From the human T2T-CHM13v2.0 reference genome, Homo sapiens: 64,000 bases of DNA. How positions within the stretch are numbered: the first letter of the stretch is position 1; each line of letters opens with the position of its first letter. The translations under genes and the position numbers were made by a program. Below, in pieces: positions 11,916 to 24,283 of this stretch. The notes under the pieces are model-generated. The model saw only the letters and a program-made list of their open reading frames with translations, ran no database searches and was not told the DNA's origin. The stretch lies in assembly GCF_009914755.1 (NCBI RefSeq), contig NC_060931.1. One strand, given 5' to 3'.

Positions 11916-13148
11916 GTTTTTTTGTTTTTAATTCTTATTGCAAAGCGTTTTTTTTCTTTAAAACTTTTAAGTGAACAGTACTGAGATATATAAAATAGCA
12001 TTATCAGTTTCCTTCTAATTGATTGATTACAAAAATGCAGTCATGTCCCAGTTTTCACCAATGAGTCAAGTCAAAATCTAAAACTGGTTAAGTCTTAAAT
12101 TTTACCTTTTTTTTTTTTTTGATAAATGTCCCAGGCCAAATGTACAATATATCTTAAATACATGGCAGGAAAAGAGGTAAAGACAACCCCATATGCACAT
12201 TTATCTTACTATATTCAGTAGACAGACTTTAGTCTCAAGGTAATGGATAGTCATTATCTCAAATATTTGAGATTAAAACAACACTTAGTAAAAAAGAAAA
12301 AACTTATATGCTCTTGTGGCTTAGTGCATTATATCTGTAACAGCAGAGTAACTTCGAAATCTCACATTCAGACATATTTTATAGTTTTTTTAATTTAATA
12401 TCTTCCAAGGTGACCTCACTAAAAACATCTGAGGCTTATATGGTAGAAATTATTTTATACTATGCACGTTCTGCATATTACTACAACTTTTATTAATTAT
12501 TTGTTTCCAGGTAAACTACAGTGGCTTATAATTAGCAAGTTACACTTCTATGTATTGTGGGACTCACAAAGAGTGTAACCACTCATCCTCAAAGAATCTA
12601 AATTTTACATTGGTAGGTCAAATTTGTAAACATAAAAACTCATTTAGAAGAGAATTAAAATACAAAGCATCGCAAGTTCAAAGAAAGCACCAGAAACATT
12701 GTTCAAAAATAATTTCTTTCAGATGCATTTCCTTATAAAACAACAAGAAGACCAAAATGTTTCCTTTTTTCCAATATTGGTGTTCCTTTTGTAACATGTG
12801 AAAACTGAGGCTCAGAGAAGTTAAGAAACTCTAGAGTAGAAAACAGAGAGAAAATCTTTTGTAAGTTAGAGAAGTCGGACTGCCAATAGCACATGTAGGG
12901 TGAGGAATCTAGACTGACTAGAGCAAGGAATTCAGTTGGGGAGTGGTAACATAAGACTAGAGAGAATGGTTAAGTTGGTATCTGGAAGAGATTTTTCTTA
13001 AGAAATTAGCTTAATTATTTTATGAGCACACACAGTGTCATCTAAGACAATAGAGTTTGGCTTTTCAGTTTTTTAGCATTGTCTTCTTGTTTGAGATAGA
13101 CAATTATCAGTGATTCTACTTGCTTGCTGTGAGTGTAAAGTACACTGG

Positions 13149-13184
13149 TAGAGTAGATGATGATTTTTTGTTCCCCTGCGTTCC

Positions 13185-13249
<65 letters not shown>

Positions 13250-13660
13250 CACCCAACATCCGTTAACTTTACATCTGACATTAGCCACCAGTTCCCACTT
13301 GAGATTCCATACCATATTCATTCTCAGTCTGTGTGTTTCTGCCATAGCTAACAGTATTCTTGATGCCAAAAATGGCACGTAACTTCAGCCTTAAAACCTC
13401 CAGGAACAGTGATTAGATTAATAATAGGACTCAGGCCAGGCAATAAAAGCCCAAGATGTTAAATTGAGATTTTTATTTTGGCTAAGCGAAATGGACACAC
13501 AATGTGGATGGAGCTGCTGCAGCACTCATTTTGGTGAATTAAAGGAAATAGAGCTGAGATATTGAGAGAAATATGGCCCTGGTGAAATAATTTATACAAA
13601 TATTCTAGATAAAGCTGTATCTGACTAATTCTATTCCCTAGAATTTTTTGGAATATGAGT
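13149..13660 (+). mobile_element. Old MaLR LTR (MLT1J/K-like), interrupted by a microsatellite and by MLT1D
   Basis: agtagatgatgattttttg…gccacccaacatcc…tggagctgctgcagc…gataaagctgtatctga…atatgag; resumes after MLT1D as gaataaatctccc (about 14173-14230). Confidence 0.55.
13188..13247. repeat. (AT)15 directly joined to T31
   Basis: Read directly from the sequence. Confidence 0.97.
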
Positions 13661-14167
13661 TTGGTAGGCAGAATAACGCCCACCAAAGGTGTCCAGGTTC
13701 TAGTCCCCGGAAGTTGTGAATTTACTAGGTTACATGGCAAAGGAAAATTAAGGTGGTGGATGAAATTAAGGCAGAAAAATCAGATGACTTCACAATAGAG
13801 ATATTAGTCCGAATTGTCTACTAGACCTAATGTAATTGCAAGAGTTCTTAAATGTGGAAGAGTGGGGTGGAAGTAGAGAATCAGAAGATAATCAACCTAT
13901 GAAAAAAGAGTGAGAATGTTGTAGTATTGCTCTCCTGCAAGATGAAGGAATGGGGGCCAAGAAATGTGAGTGGCCCCTAGAAGCCGGGGAAGGGAAGAAA
14001 ATGGATTCTTCCCTAGAGACTCTAGAAAAGAACGGCCTTATGACACCTTGATTTTAGCCGAGTGACATGCATGTTTAATGCTAATCTATGGAACTGTAAG
14101 AATAAATTGCGCTGCTTTAAACCACAAAGTTTGTGGGAGTTTGTTACAGCAGCCACAGAAAATATAT
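13661..14167 (+). mobile_element. MLT1D MaLR solo LTR with 5-bp TSD
   Basis: tggtaggcagaataacgccc…ttacatggcaaagg…gtttgttacagcagccacagaaaa. Flanked by tgagt (13656-13660) and tgagc (14168-14172). Confidence 0.88.
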
Positions 14168-15908
14168 TGAGCGAATAAATCTCCCCCCCACCACTTATTT
14201 TATTTCTCAAAAGTTTTCTTTCACTTGCAGCAAACTGGTTTAACTGGTTAAGGTGAGAAAATATATAAAAAACTTACAACTACTTTAAATCAGCTTAGGA
14301 CTTTGTGACACAGTCCAAGGACTACATACAAATTCCATAGTACAGCAGCTTTATGTTATCAGTTTGAGAAACTTAAAACATTACGCTTATTGCTAGGATA
14401 GATTGATTCCTTGGAAAATTGATGTTAACAGTGTTGATGTCTGGGGAAATAGAGTGAACTACCAGGTACATTTCATGTTGTTTCTTTTTCTGTAATTTTT
14501 ATTCTTAGATATATCAAAAATCATTATTTTTAAGGTATTTTCTTTCAAAAGAATCATTACAAGACATTTTTAAGGTAAACAAAGGGTTAATAGATCTAAT
14601 TTTATACAACAATGCAATTTAATTTAAGGAAAATGAGTTTTCTGTACATAGTCAGAAAAAGTTATATTAATTTAGAGCAAGATAGGGGAATTCAGTATTG
14701 CATTTCATGAATTATTTTTATAAAGTATCTGTTATGTTTACCATTTATAAAATTGTATTGCTCATGAAATGTGGTTAATCATACTCTTACGTTCTAGGAA
14801 AAACAAAACAAAATGTTACTCTATGTAGAAACGATGAAGCCACCCCATTTAAAAATACCAGCCACATGCTTTTAAACTGTTTTCCAATTCATAATGTGTC
14901 TAAGAGTGTTAGTGGATTATACAGTCTCAACATACGTTTTTCATTCAGCTGTGGCTTGGAGCCTTGGAGGAACTTTGCAACTGAATCAAGCAATTTTTGG
15001 TAGAAACATGTGTCTTTTCCTTTTTTTTTTTTTTAAAAAAAAAGGCTGAATAGTTTGTTTATGTGCACTCATATATACAACAGCAGCCATGCAAGTTATT
15101 AATGATTATTAATTAAACTATATGTAGACTTAAATGTATCAAGGAGAGTAATTTTTTTATTGGTAACTAGAAACAAAATGATGTAAGATGTGAAAAAAAA
15201 AATTGTAGCTTCAGAAAACCAGGCTCATAGCAATATTGGACAAATAAAAGCATGCTTTGTGTTCCTGACACAGATGACCACCAACACAGTTATGTGACTG
15301 TCTTGAAGTCTTCCAATCTATGAGGCATGCAGGAAACAATGACAAAGTAGTTATTCCACTTCACTTTGAGCTGTTGATAATGAAAGCAAAGAAGTCATAG
15401 AAAAACTAAGAATTCAGATAATTCTCTAGTTTCAGAACAAATCCATAAATGCCATCTGCTAATTCTCAGAAACTGGATAAACCAGTCCTTATTAAAGTTT
15501 TAAGAGTTGACAAGTCAGTATCATAGAAGCTGAGCTATATTAGGAAAATGAACTGGGTTCTAATCTTGGATCAAATTCTTAAATCACGTATTAAGTCAAA
15601 TACTTAAGAGAAAAAATACTGTCTTCACTTAAATACTTTTTATTTTCCCCAAAGGAATAATTACCCCTGCTTTATGTTATGGAATAGTAGGCTCTCAATG
15701 TAGCAATTTGAAAACACTTGGAAGATTTTATTATGGTTATCTCTTTTCAAGAATATTTTCTATTAAATTTTTGGATGACTTATCTAGAGAAATTAATTCA
15801 TGCAGTTGATGAATCATGATCCAATCTTATGCCCCATTATGTGTAGGGCCCCATTTCTTCATGTCCTTCTAAAAGTACATTCTCTCCCACTTACTTTGGG
15901 CAGGAGGC

Positions 15909-16212
15909 TTTTTTTTTTTTTTTTTTTTTTTTGAGACAGAGTCTCGCTCTGTTGCCAATGCTGGAGTGCAATGGAGCAATCTCGGTTCACTGTAACCTCT
16001 GCCTCATGGGTTCAAGCAATTCTCCTGCCCAGCCTCTTGAGTAACTGGGATTACAGGCGCACAACACCACGCCCAGCTAATTTTTGTATTTTTAGTAGAG
16101 ACGAAGTTTCGCCATGTTGGTCAGGCTGGTCTTGAACTCCTGACCTCATGATCGGCCCGCATTGGCCTCCCAAAGTGCTTGGGATTACAGGCGTGAGCCA
16201 CCGCGCCTGGCC
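15909..16212 (-). mobile_element. AluS (Sg-like), full length
   Basis: Poly-T then gagacagagtctcgctctg…gcgtgagccaccgcgcctggcc; TSD gagg(c/a)ttttt. Confidence 0.97.
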
Positions 16213-16819
16213 GAGGATTTTTCAAAGAGTTGCCTGCACAAGTAAGAGCAACCTTACTTGGCTGTCTGCACAGAAGTATGCTGCCTATATGTGTGAAGAC
16301 GATCATATCTCATTGCATCCCTGTGGATGTTTTATAATATCAGTATTACAGAATTGCAAGCATTTGCTGTTCTAAGCACTTAAAACAGAAATTAAAGTAT
16401 AAAAGCTATGATAAGGAGCGAAATGCTATTTTATTGCCAGAATAAACCTTAAGAGTATGCTGAATGAGTTATCTTTTTGGCAACAATCTGATATTACTGT
16501 GTTGCTCCACATGTATTGGCATATTGCATTTCTGGCTTGCTATTTAAAAAAAAATGTTGATTTCAATATTCCTTTTGGTGTAAAAATGAGGGAAGCAATT
16601 ATGTTTGACTCAAGCCAAGAAAAAAATAGGAGTATTCCATTTGTTATGATAAACTGATCATATAAGTAGGACAAGGTCAATAATAAGTATGAGAGAAAAT
16701 AACCATGCTTTTGGGCTCACCAGTTCTCACTAAATTTTTATAAAAGAAAAAACAACCTTAACTAAACAATTTGCTATAATGAGAATAATAATAAAATAAT
16801 CATTTACTGAATATAAAGT

Positions 16820-17735
16820 TTCTCTAATCTGTCATTTCCTTTCCATCCTTACTATAGTTTCCTGGGTTAGATTTGTATCTTTTCTCCCTCGATTGTTAGT
16901 CTCTCTCCCAGTGCAGCTAAAATATTCTAACTGAAACACAAATCAAACCACATTATCCCCCTACTAAAATCTCTTCAATGGTTCTCTAAGTTTAAATCCA
17001 TTACTTGACACTTACTTACTGGTAGGTTTTGTTGTTGTTGTTGTTGTTTTTGAGATGGAGTCTCGCTGTGTCACCAGGCTGCAAGTGCAGTGGCGAAATC
17101 TCTGCTCACTGCAAGCTCTGCCCCCTGGGTTCACGCCATTCTCCTGCCTCAGCCTCCCAAGTAGCTGGGACTACAGGCGCCTGTCACTGCTCCCAGCTAA
17201 TTTTTTGTATTTTTAGTAGAGACGGGGGTTCACCTTGTTAGCCAGGATGGTCTCGATCTCCTGACCTGGTGATCCGCCTGCCTCGGCCTCCCAAAGTGCT
17301 GGGATTACAGGCGTGAGCCACCATGCCTGGCCACTTACTGGTAGCCACTCGTTCTTTTATGACTTAGTAACACAAATTGCGTTCAGTAGAGTTCCACACA
17401 TACCACATTCTGGTATGCTTTGTTGACTTATTCATTCACTCTGCCTAAGTGGTCTGCCTATGTAATTTTTGCCAGGCCTATTTTAATTTATCCTCTATAA
17501 ATTGGCTTCCTGGAACTGAGTTAACTTTATTATTCCCGCTTGAGCTAAATACTCTTATGTTCCCTTAACTACCCCTCTTCCTTGGATATCTGTATCTTAG
17601 CATTTATCACTTTATTTTGACATCGTCTTTCTCTTCCATTAGACTTTGAATTCCCTAAGACCATTTATGTATTCTCAACAACTAGCATGACTGACACATA
17701 ATTTACTTGCGATAAATTTTTGTTAGGATGAATTA
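16820..17735 (+). mobile_element. L2 LINE fragment, split by AluY
   Basis: aaacacaaatcaaaccacattatccccctactaaaatctcttcaatggttctc… and …tagactttgaattccct…ataaatttttgttaggatgaat. Confidence 0.65.
17026..17332 (-). mobile_element. AluY with (CAA)n-type tail
   Basis: Y diagnostics gcaagctc, ttcacgccattc, ttagccaggatggtctcgatctcc. 12-bp TSD acttactggtag at 17014-17025 and 17333-17344. Confidence 0.97.
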
Positions 17736-17744
17736 AGTTAAATC

Positions 17745-18100
17745 AGATAACTTAGTGCATTATTATTTAAATAATGCTCACACAAACATTTCAGATAGGC
17801 TTGACTAATATTATTATTTACATTTTATGTATGAGAAAACCGAGGCATAAACAGTTCTGGTGATTGACCCAAAACCACACATTGAGTGAGAAGAGATGCT
17901 GAAACCAAATTCCAGGCCTTCTGATATCAGTTTTCTTTCTTTCACTGCTTTTCTAGAACATGGGCAATGACAAATCAAAGTTGTGATTTTGACTTTTACA
18001 TTAAATTTACTATGTGACATTAGGCATGCCATGTGAGTTCTTTTGGTTTCAGTTCCCTCTTTGTAAACTTTGAGCATTAAACTAGACTCTAGAGTCCTGC
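17745..18100. mobile_element. Two MIR fragments (minus about 17745-17935, plus about 17990-18100)
   Basis: cattttatgtatgagaaaaccgaggcata…; tgtgacattagg…tttcagttccctctttgtaaa. Confidence 0.5.
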
Positions 18101-19054
18101 CATTTTATTTTATGGTCCACTGAAACCAAAATAAGCAGTTTGTTGTTTCACAGTAGTACATTACTCTGATTGTGCACTTTTACTTGAATTTTTCCATAAT
18201 ATAAACATTTTATGGACTTAAATTTTGCTCAATTTCAATTAGCTCCTCTGTGCTAGTTGTTGAGGATTGAGGGAGTCCACTCAATAGCTCTATTCTTGCT
18301 TCCCTCAGATTTTTACCAAACCATATACCAGAGTTAGCCAATGGAGAAAAAAAAAATCATTATTGTTGAAACAGGCCAAATTTGAAGATACAGTTGAGTG
18401 TGATTGTGAAAACAAGCTTTCTAAGCCCCCTTTCTCAGTCTTGACCTTGAATAACTTAAGAGCACAGGCTCCCATAGCTCTGAATGAATAAGCCAAAAGA
18501 AAAATACCAACACTACCTCTTTCAAGATAAGATGCTCTATTGGTAAACTTCCTTCAATCCATAAACATGGCTAATGGCAATCACAACTATTTAGCGAATA
18601 ATTTTCTCTGTGTGAATAAAAAGACTGGGGATAAAGCATTTATTTTAATATGCATATAGATCAGAATAGCCTCATACCAAGCAACTGGTGGGAGCATAGT
18701 ATTAATAAAGGACAAAATTATAAATTTAATAAATTTATGGACCAGTCAGTTTTTCATAGAATATATCATGGTTTCAACAATGCAGCTAAATCGCTAATAC
18801 CAGTCTGTAATCCCAAAAGACAGCAGGTAAGAGGCAGGATTTTAGCTGAGTCAAATTCAACACGCCTATTAGAAAAACAAATAAACAAGAACTCTACAAA
18901 CAACAAAACTCAAAAAGCCGGTGATTATATATAACTATACATAAATGTAGTTATGCTTAATGAAATTGCTGTGTAAGCTCTCATCAAATAATAATTATGA
19001 AATGTGGACAAAATATTTTTGAATACTCAAAAGCACTGGAGAAAGACTAAAATT

Positions 19055-19655
19055 AAACAATATCCACTCAGCAATAGAAAGATATTAAAAAACTGATACA
19101 CACAACATTAGGTCGAGTGAACAGTCTTTCACAAAATAATACATACTGTATGATTCTCTTTATGTGGAGTTTGAGAACTGGAAAAACTAATCTGTGGTAG
19201 AAAATATTAGAAGACTAGTTGTCTCTAGGGGAGAGTAAATTTAGCTCTACTAGGAAGAGGCATAATGGGACTACCTCAGGTGAGGGTAATATACTATATC
19301 TTGATAGGAATTATAGTTATGTATTTACTTGCCAAAACACAGAAAATGATACTTTTACAGTGTATGCATTTAATTTATGTGAACTATACCTAAAATAAAT
19401 AAGAAATAAATATTTAACTTTGGTTAAAAATATGCATTCTGAAGTAAAAACTGAAGTAAACTGACATCTACAAGTTTGAAGTACACCACAAATGATGGAA
19501 TGAAAGATAGAATAATTGATAGATGGATAAATATGTAATAAATCAAGCATAGAAAATATTTATTACAAAACCTGTGTAACATATATAAAGGTATTCAGTA
19601 TAAAATTATTTCGGCTTTTCTGTATGTTTAAAATTTTTATAATAAAAATATAGAT
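19055..19655 (+). mobile_element. L1MC-type 3' UTR fragment
   Basis: acatactgtatgattctctttatgtggagttt…aaaactaatctgtggtagaaaa…cttttctgtatgtttaaaatttttataataaaa. Confidence 0.7.
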
Positions 19656-20048
19656 TCATGAAAAACGTATATATAATGTAGATTACACATATGTGTAAAA
19701 TATTATAAATAAATATAAAACACCTCAAGCAGAAGTTAGAAAGGTAACTCACCTTTGCTGCATTGGGTCTTGTGCTAAATACTAATTCAGTTTTCATTAT
19801 CCTAAAGAAGATTACAGCTCAAATGTTTGTGGGAGTACTCATGCCTTGTAGATATATGGTTGCCTTTGACAACCATTGGATGGTATTGACATCACCTTGA
19901 ATCCAGGAGAACTTCCAAATTAATACCCTTATTTCACAGTAATGGGTGAATAATCTAAAAAGTTTCAATTAGAATTAATGTTAGTAATTTAAAAAAACTG
20001 TAGGAGAGATGCTCTCACTCACTTAGATAAGTATCAGAAAGCATGCAG

Positions 20049-20588
20049 CTGTTTCTGTACCCATACCATGATGTTTTGCTTACTGTAGCCTTACAGTATA
20101 GTTTGAAGTCCAGCAATGTGATGCTTCCAGCTTTGTTCTTTTTGCTTAGGACTGCTTTGGCAATTCAGCCTCTTTTTTGGTTCCTTACAAATTTTAGAAT
20201 AGTTTTTTTTTCTAATTCTGTGAAAAATAGCATTAGTAGCTTGATAGAAATAGCATTGAATCTGTAAATTGCTTTGGGCAGAATGGCTATTTTAACAATA
20301 TTGATTTTTTCCTATTCATGAGCATGGAACGTTTCACCATGTGTTTGTGTCCTCTCTGATTTATTTTAGTAGTGTTTTGTAATTCTCATTGTAGAGATTT
20401 TTCACCTTCTTGACAAACTATTTTCCTGGGTATTTTATTCTTTTTATGGCTATTGTAAATGTGATTGCGTTCTTGATTTAATTCTGAGCTTGGACGCTAT
20501 TGGTGTATAGAAATGCTATTAGTTTTCTTATATATTGATTTTGTATCCTGAAAAATTACTGAAGCCATTTATCAGTTCTAGAAACCTT
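20049..20588 (-). mobile_element. Inverted 5' segment of a twin-primed L1PA15/16-like insertion
   Basis: Antisense ORF2 (ctgtttctgtacccataccatg…tttatcagttctagaaacct). Its outer end matches the start of the + segment (caaaaacag). Confidence 0.9.
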
Positions 20589-20589
20589 C

Positions 20590-21992
20590 AAAAACAGACA
20601 CAAAAACCAATGGAACAGGAAAGAGAACCCAGAAATAACATCACACACATACAATAGTCTGATCTTTGACAGAGTCGACAATAACAAACAATGTGGAAAG
20701 GAGTCTCTATTCAATAAATGGTGCTGGAATAACTGCCTACCCATATGCAGAAGACTGAAACTAGACCACTTTAATTATATATAAAAATTAACAAGATGGA
20801 TTAAAGGCTCAAACATAAGGCCTAAAACAACAAAAATCCTAGAAAAACACTGAGGAAATACTATTCTGGACATCAGCCTTGGCAAATAATTTATGACTAA
20901 GTCCCCAAAAGCAATTGCAACAAAAGTAAACATTGATAGTGGCACCTAATTAAACTAAATAGCTGCTGCACAGCAAAATAAACTATCAACAGAGTAAGCA
21001 GATAACCTACAGAATGGAAGAAAATATTTGCAAACTATACATCCAAGAAAGCTGTAACATCCAGAATGTGCAAAGACCTTAAAGCAGCAAAAAAACACAA
21101 AAAACAAAAACCAAAAAAAACTGTTAAAAAATGGGCAAAGGACATGAACGGCCACTTCTCAAAAGAAGATATACATGCAGCCGACTATATGAAAAAATGC
21201 TCATCATCACTAATCATTAGAGAAATGCAAACTAAACCACAATGAGATACCATCTCACATCAGGCAGAATGGCTATTACTAAAATGTCAAAAAACAACTA
21301 GCAAAGTTGTAGAGAAAAGGGAACACTTACACAATGACGCTAGCAAAGTTGTAGAGAAAAGGGAACACTTACCCACTGCTGATAGGAATGTAAATTAGTT
21401 CAGCTACTGCAGAAAGCAGTCTAGAGATGTCTCACAGAACCTGAAACAGAACTACCTTCCAACTTAGCAATCCCACTACTAGGTATATACCCAAAGGAAA
21501 ATATATCTTTCTACCAAAAAGACACACGCACTCATTTGTTTATCACAGCACTATTAACAATAGCGAAGACCTGGAATCAACCAAGATGCACATTAAGGTG
21601 CACTGGATAAAGAAAATGTGGTATATATACACTGTGGAATACTACCCAGCAATAAAAAAGAACAACATCATGTCCTTTGCAGCAACATGGGTGCAGCTAG
21701 AGGCCACTATTCTAAGTGAACTAGCACAGGAAGAGAAAACCAAATATCACAAGTTCTCACTTACAAGTGAGCTATATATTGAATGCACATGGACAAGAAG
21801 GGAACAATATACATTGGGTATTGCTTGAGAGAAGAGGCTAGAGAAGGGAGCGTGTTTTGGAAGGCTACCTATTGGGTACTGTGTTCACTAACTTGGTGAT
21901 GGGGTCATTTGTACACCAAGCCTCACTGCCACACAATTTACCCATGTGACGAGCCTGCACATGTACTCCCTGAACCTAATTTTTTTAAAAAA
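20590..21992 (+). mobile_element. L1PA15/16-like ORF2 3' end plus 3' UTR
   Basis: caaaaacagacac…; 3' UTR ctattgggtactgtgttcactaacttggtgatggggtcatttgtacaccaagcctc…cctgcacatgtactccctgaacc. Possible decayed TSD aaagcatgca/aaagcaggta. Confidence 0.9.
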
Positions 21993-22564
21993 GCAGGTAA
22001 TTATTCTTCCCATGCGTGAAGCCAACCTGAAAATAAAACTGTTTCATGCAGTGGGGCAGAGCCAAGAGAGCCACAGGGAACTCACAGGGATCTGGATTTT
22101 CAGTCTTGAAAATACAGTGGCCTCTGGATCAAAACAACATTATTTCTGATCATTCTACTTACATGAATTTTCTCATTGTTTCTTGATATTTTGACTTGAA
22201 GTTTTAAGTAGTCTGCCACCAAAGGCATACTACTATTACACAAGCGTATGCCTTGTATATATTAAAACATATACTGTCATCTAAAAAGTAACATCTTTCT
22301 GTTGTATATTCTCTTCTTTTGCTGTGGTTTCCATTCTCCTCCATGTCTACTTACTGCGTATTATAAGGCATGCTTTGCTGGATAGAGCTGATAGTCAAGC
22401 ATGGCATTTTTATTCCCACATGCATATATACCCCCTCTTCCAAGTTTCACTTCTGTGCTTTACTTAGTTACCACCTACTACTTCTTTGGATATTCCAGAG
22501 TACTAACAGTGTAAAATTTAACTTTCTTAAATTTTTTAAGCTTTGGCTTTCTTATCTTTATAAT

Positions 22565-22875
22565 CGGCATTGTCCAATACAGTAACCACTAGCCACATGT
22601 CGCTATTGAAATGTGTCTGGTGCAAACTGAAATGTATTCTAAGTATAAAATATATACTTCTGAGAGATTTCTTATAAAAATAATGTAAAACATTTTATTA
22701 ATATTATTAAATATTAAATATATGTTTCAATGATAATATTTTGGACATATTGGGTGAAATAAAATATATTATGTTTACCTATTTACTGTTTACAAAAGTA
22801 ATTTTTTTAAATTTAAAAAATTGTGGAGATATTAAGTTGTATATTTGAATCACATAATTCTATTGAGCAACACTG
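22565..22875 (+). mobile_element. MER33 hAT-Charlie MITE inserted into a MIR, with 8-bp TSD
   Basis: TIR-like ends cggcattgtccaata / tattgagcaacactg; TSD tttataat (22557-22564) / tttattat (22876-22883); MIR continues to about 22995 (…actcaataaacattatctatt). Confidence 0.85.
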
Positions 22876-24079
22876 TTTATTATGCTGATAATAACATATG
22901 CATCATAGAATTATGGTAAAAATTAACAATAAAATGTGAAACTATTAACAGAGTCAACACATAGTGAAGACTCAATAAACATTATCTATTTTATTTTCTT
23001 CATATAAAATACACATTAATAGTAATGAAATATTAACAGTATATGTGAAAAAGTAGTTTGCATAAATTTCTAATTTATTCAGAAAAATCAATCTCATATT
23101 TTTAATATATGTAATTCCATGTTGTATAAAATGAAGCTAAAATATAGCTTAAATTAGTGACTTACTTATAAATATTTTATAAATGTCTATGAGATAAATA
23201 CTGTCATTGTTCAAAAAATAAATTGTTTATTTTAAGAAAAATAAATATACCAAATGTGACAAGATGATCCACTTTATTTGGACAGTTTATTAGAGAAAGC
23301 ATGACTCTCAAATCACATTCTTGTAAGTTTCCACTAGAGTCATTCATTGACAGTTGAGTAATTCGTTTAAGCTACATCTACCATTAGCATAGGCTATAAA
23401 CCAAAGCGTGGGAGGAGGACAGTGTTTAATATTTTTATTCAGGAAATATCTTGACACATCCCAATGAGTAAAGTGTTTTCATAAGGCCAGAAGGGAGTCC
23501 TGACAAGTGGGAGTTGAACCACTCTCCATTGTAGCCACACAGCCAAACAGGTAACACAGATGGGATGCAGACTGACGAGGGAAAAGACAGCTGTTGCAGA
23601 AGAGAGACTGCTTGAGTGTACAAGTAAAATAGAGGGTCAATGTGGTTGGATAGTCACAGTGGAGGTAGCGAGCCTTCCACTATCTCCTACTTGAACTCAA
23701 TTGTTAGACTGTACAGAATGTGTCTTAAGCAGTATGTTAAATAAAAAAAAAATGACAGTACTGATTTGATGAACTTATTATAAACACTGTGTAAACACAA
23801 GAATGGAACATGTAAATGCAGTAAGGGACCCAAAGAAATTAATCAACAAAGTCCTTAAAGTAGAATGCAAACAGGGGGAATACATTGTTAAGCAAGGTCA
23901 CCGGTTCCTCAAGAAAGAGGAACTGCAAGGTGACAGTACAACTGCTCTGTACATTTCTATTTGTTGCATCTACTTCTGCTTATTCGGTGTATAGTAAATT
24001 GCATATAGTTTTCATCCTATAATGAGAATGACAATCCTTTTTTGGATATCTAACTTGCACAGTTAAATAACATTTTCAG

Positions 24080-24158
24080 ATATGGTTATAGCCATCTAAA
24101 TATGGTGAATACTACTGAAGTATTATATAGAAAATTTTGGAGTGTAAATAGGCAACAG
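24080..24158 (+). other. Candidate 79-nt internal exon with consensus splice signals
   Basis: Branch-like ctaac 24050-24054, acceptor ttttcag ending at 24079, donor CAG|GTAAGTAT 24156-24166. One open frame (YGYSHLNMVNTTEVLYRKFWSVNRQQ) with no recognisable homology. Confidence 0.4.
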
Positions 24159-24283
24159 GTAAGTATTGCCTATTTATATACTGAGTCCTTACTTACTGGT
24201 CTATTGAGGCTAATTTCTGACTGAATAGGCTGTATGTTACATTATTATTTCCCTTTTTTGTTTTCTTCTGAGTATGACTTTTT

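Noticed and set aside
12495-12520. ttgtttccag|gtaaac, a possible recursive splice site
   Set aside because: The reconstituted donor is weak and there is no transcript evidence; expected by chance.
13073-13378. 101-aa ORF with poly-K and YI repeats
   Set aside because: Translation of the (AT)n/T31 microsatellite.
19753-19801. Possible 49-nt minus-strand exon (tcttctttag…aag|gtgagt)
   Set aside because: Short pyrimidine tract, no partner exons and no recognisable peptide; pseudo-exons like this are common.
23440-23740. Higher-GC purine-rich segment, possibly an ancient LTR or exon
   Set aside because: Could not assign a family or a convincing splice or ORF structure.
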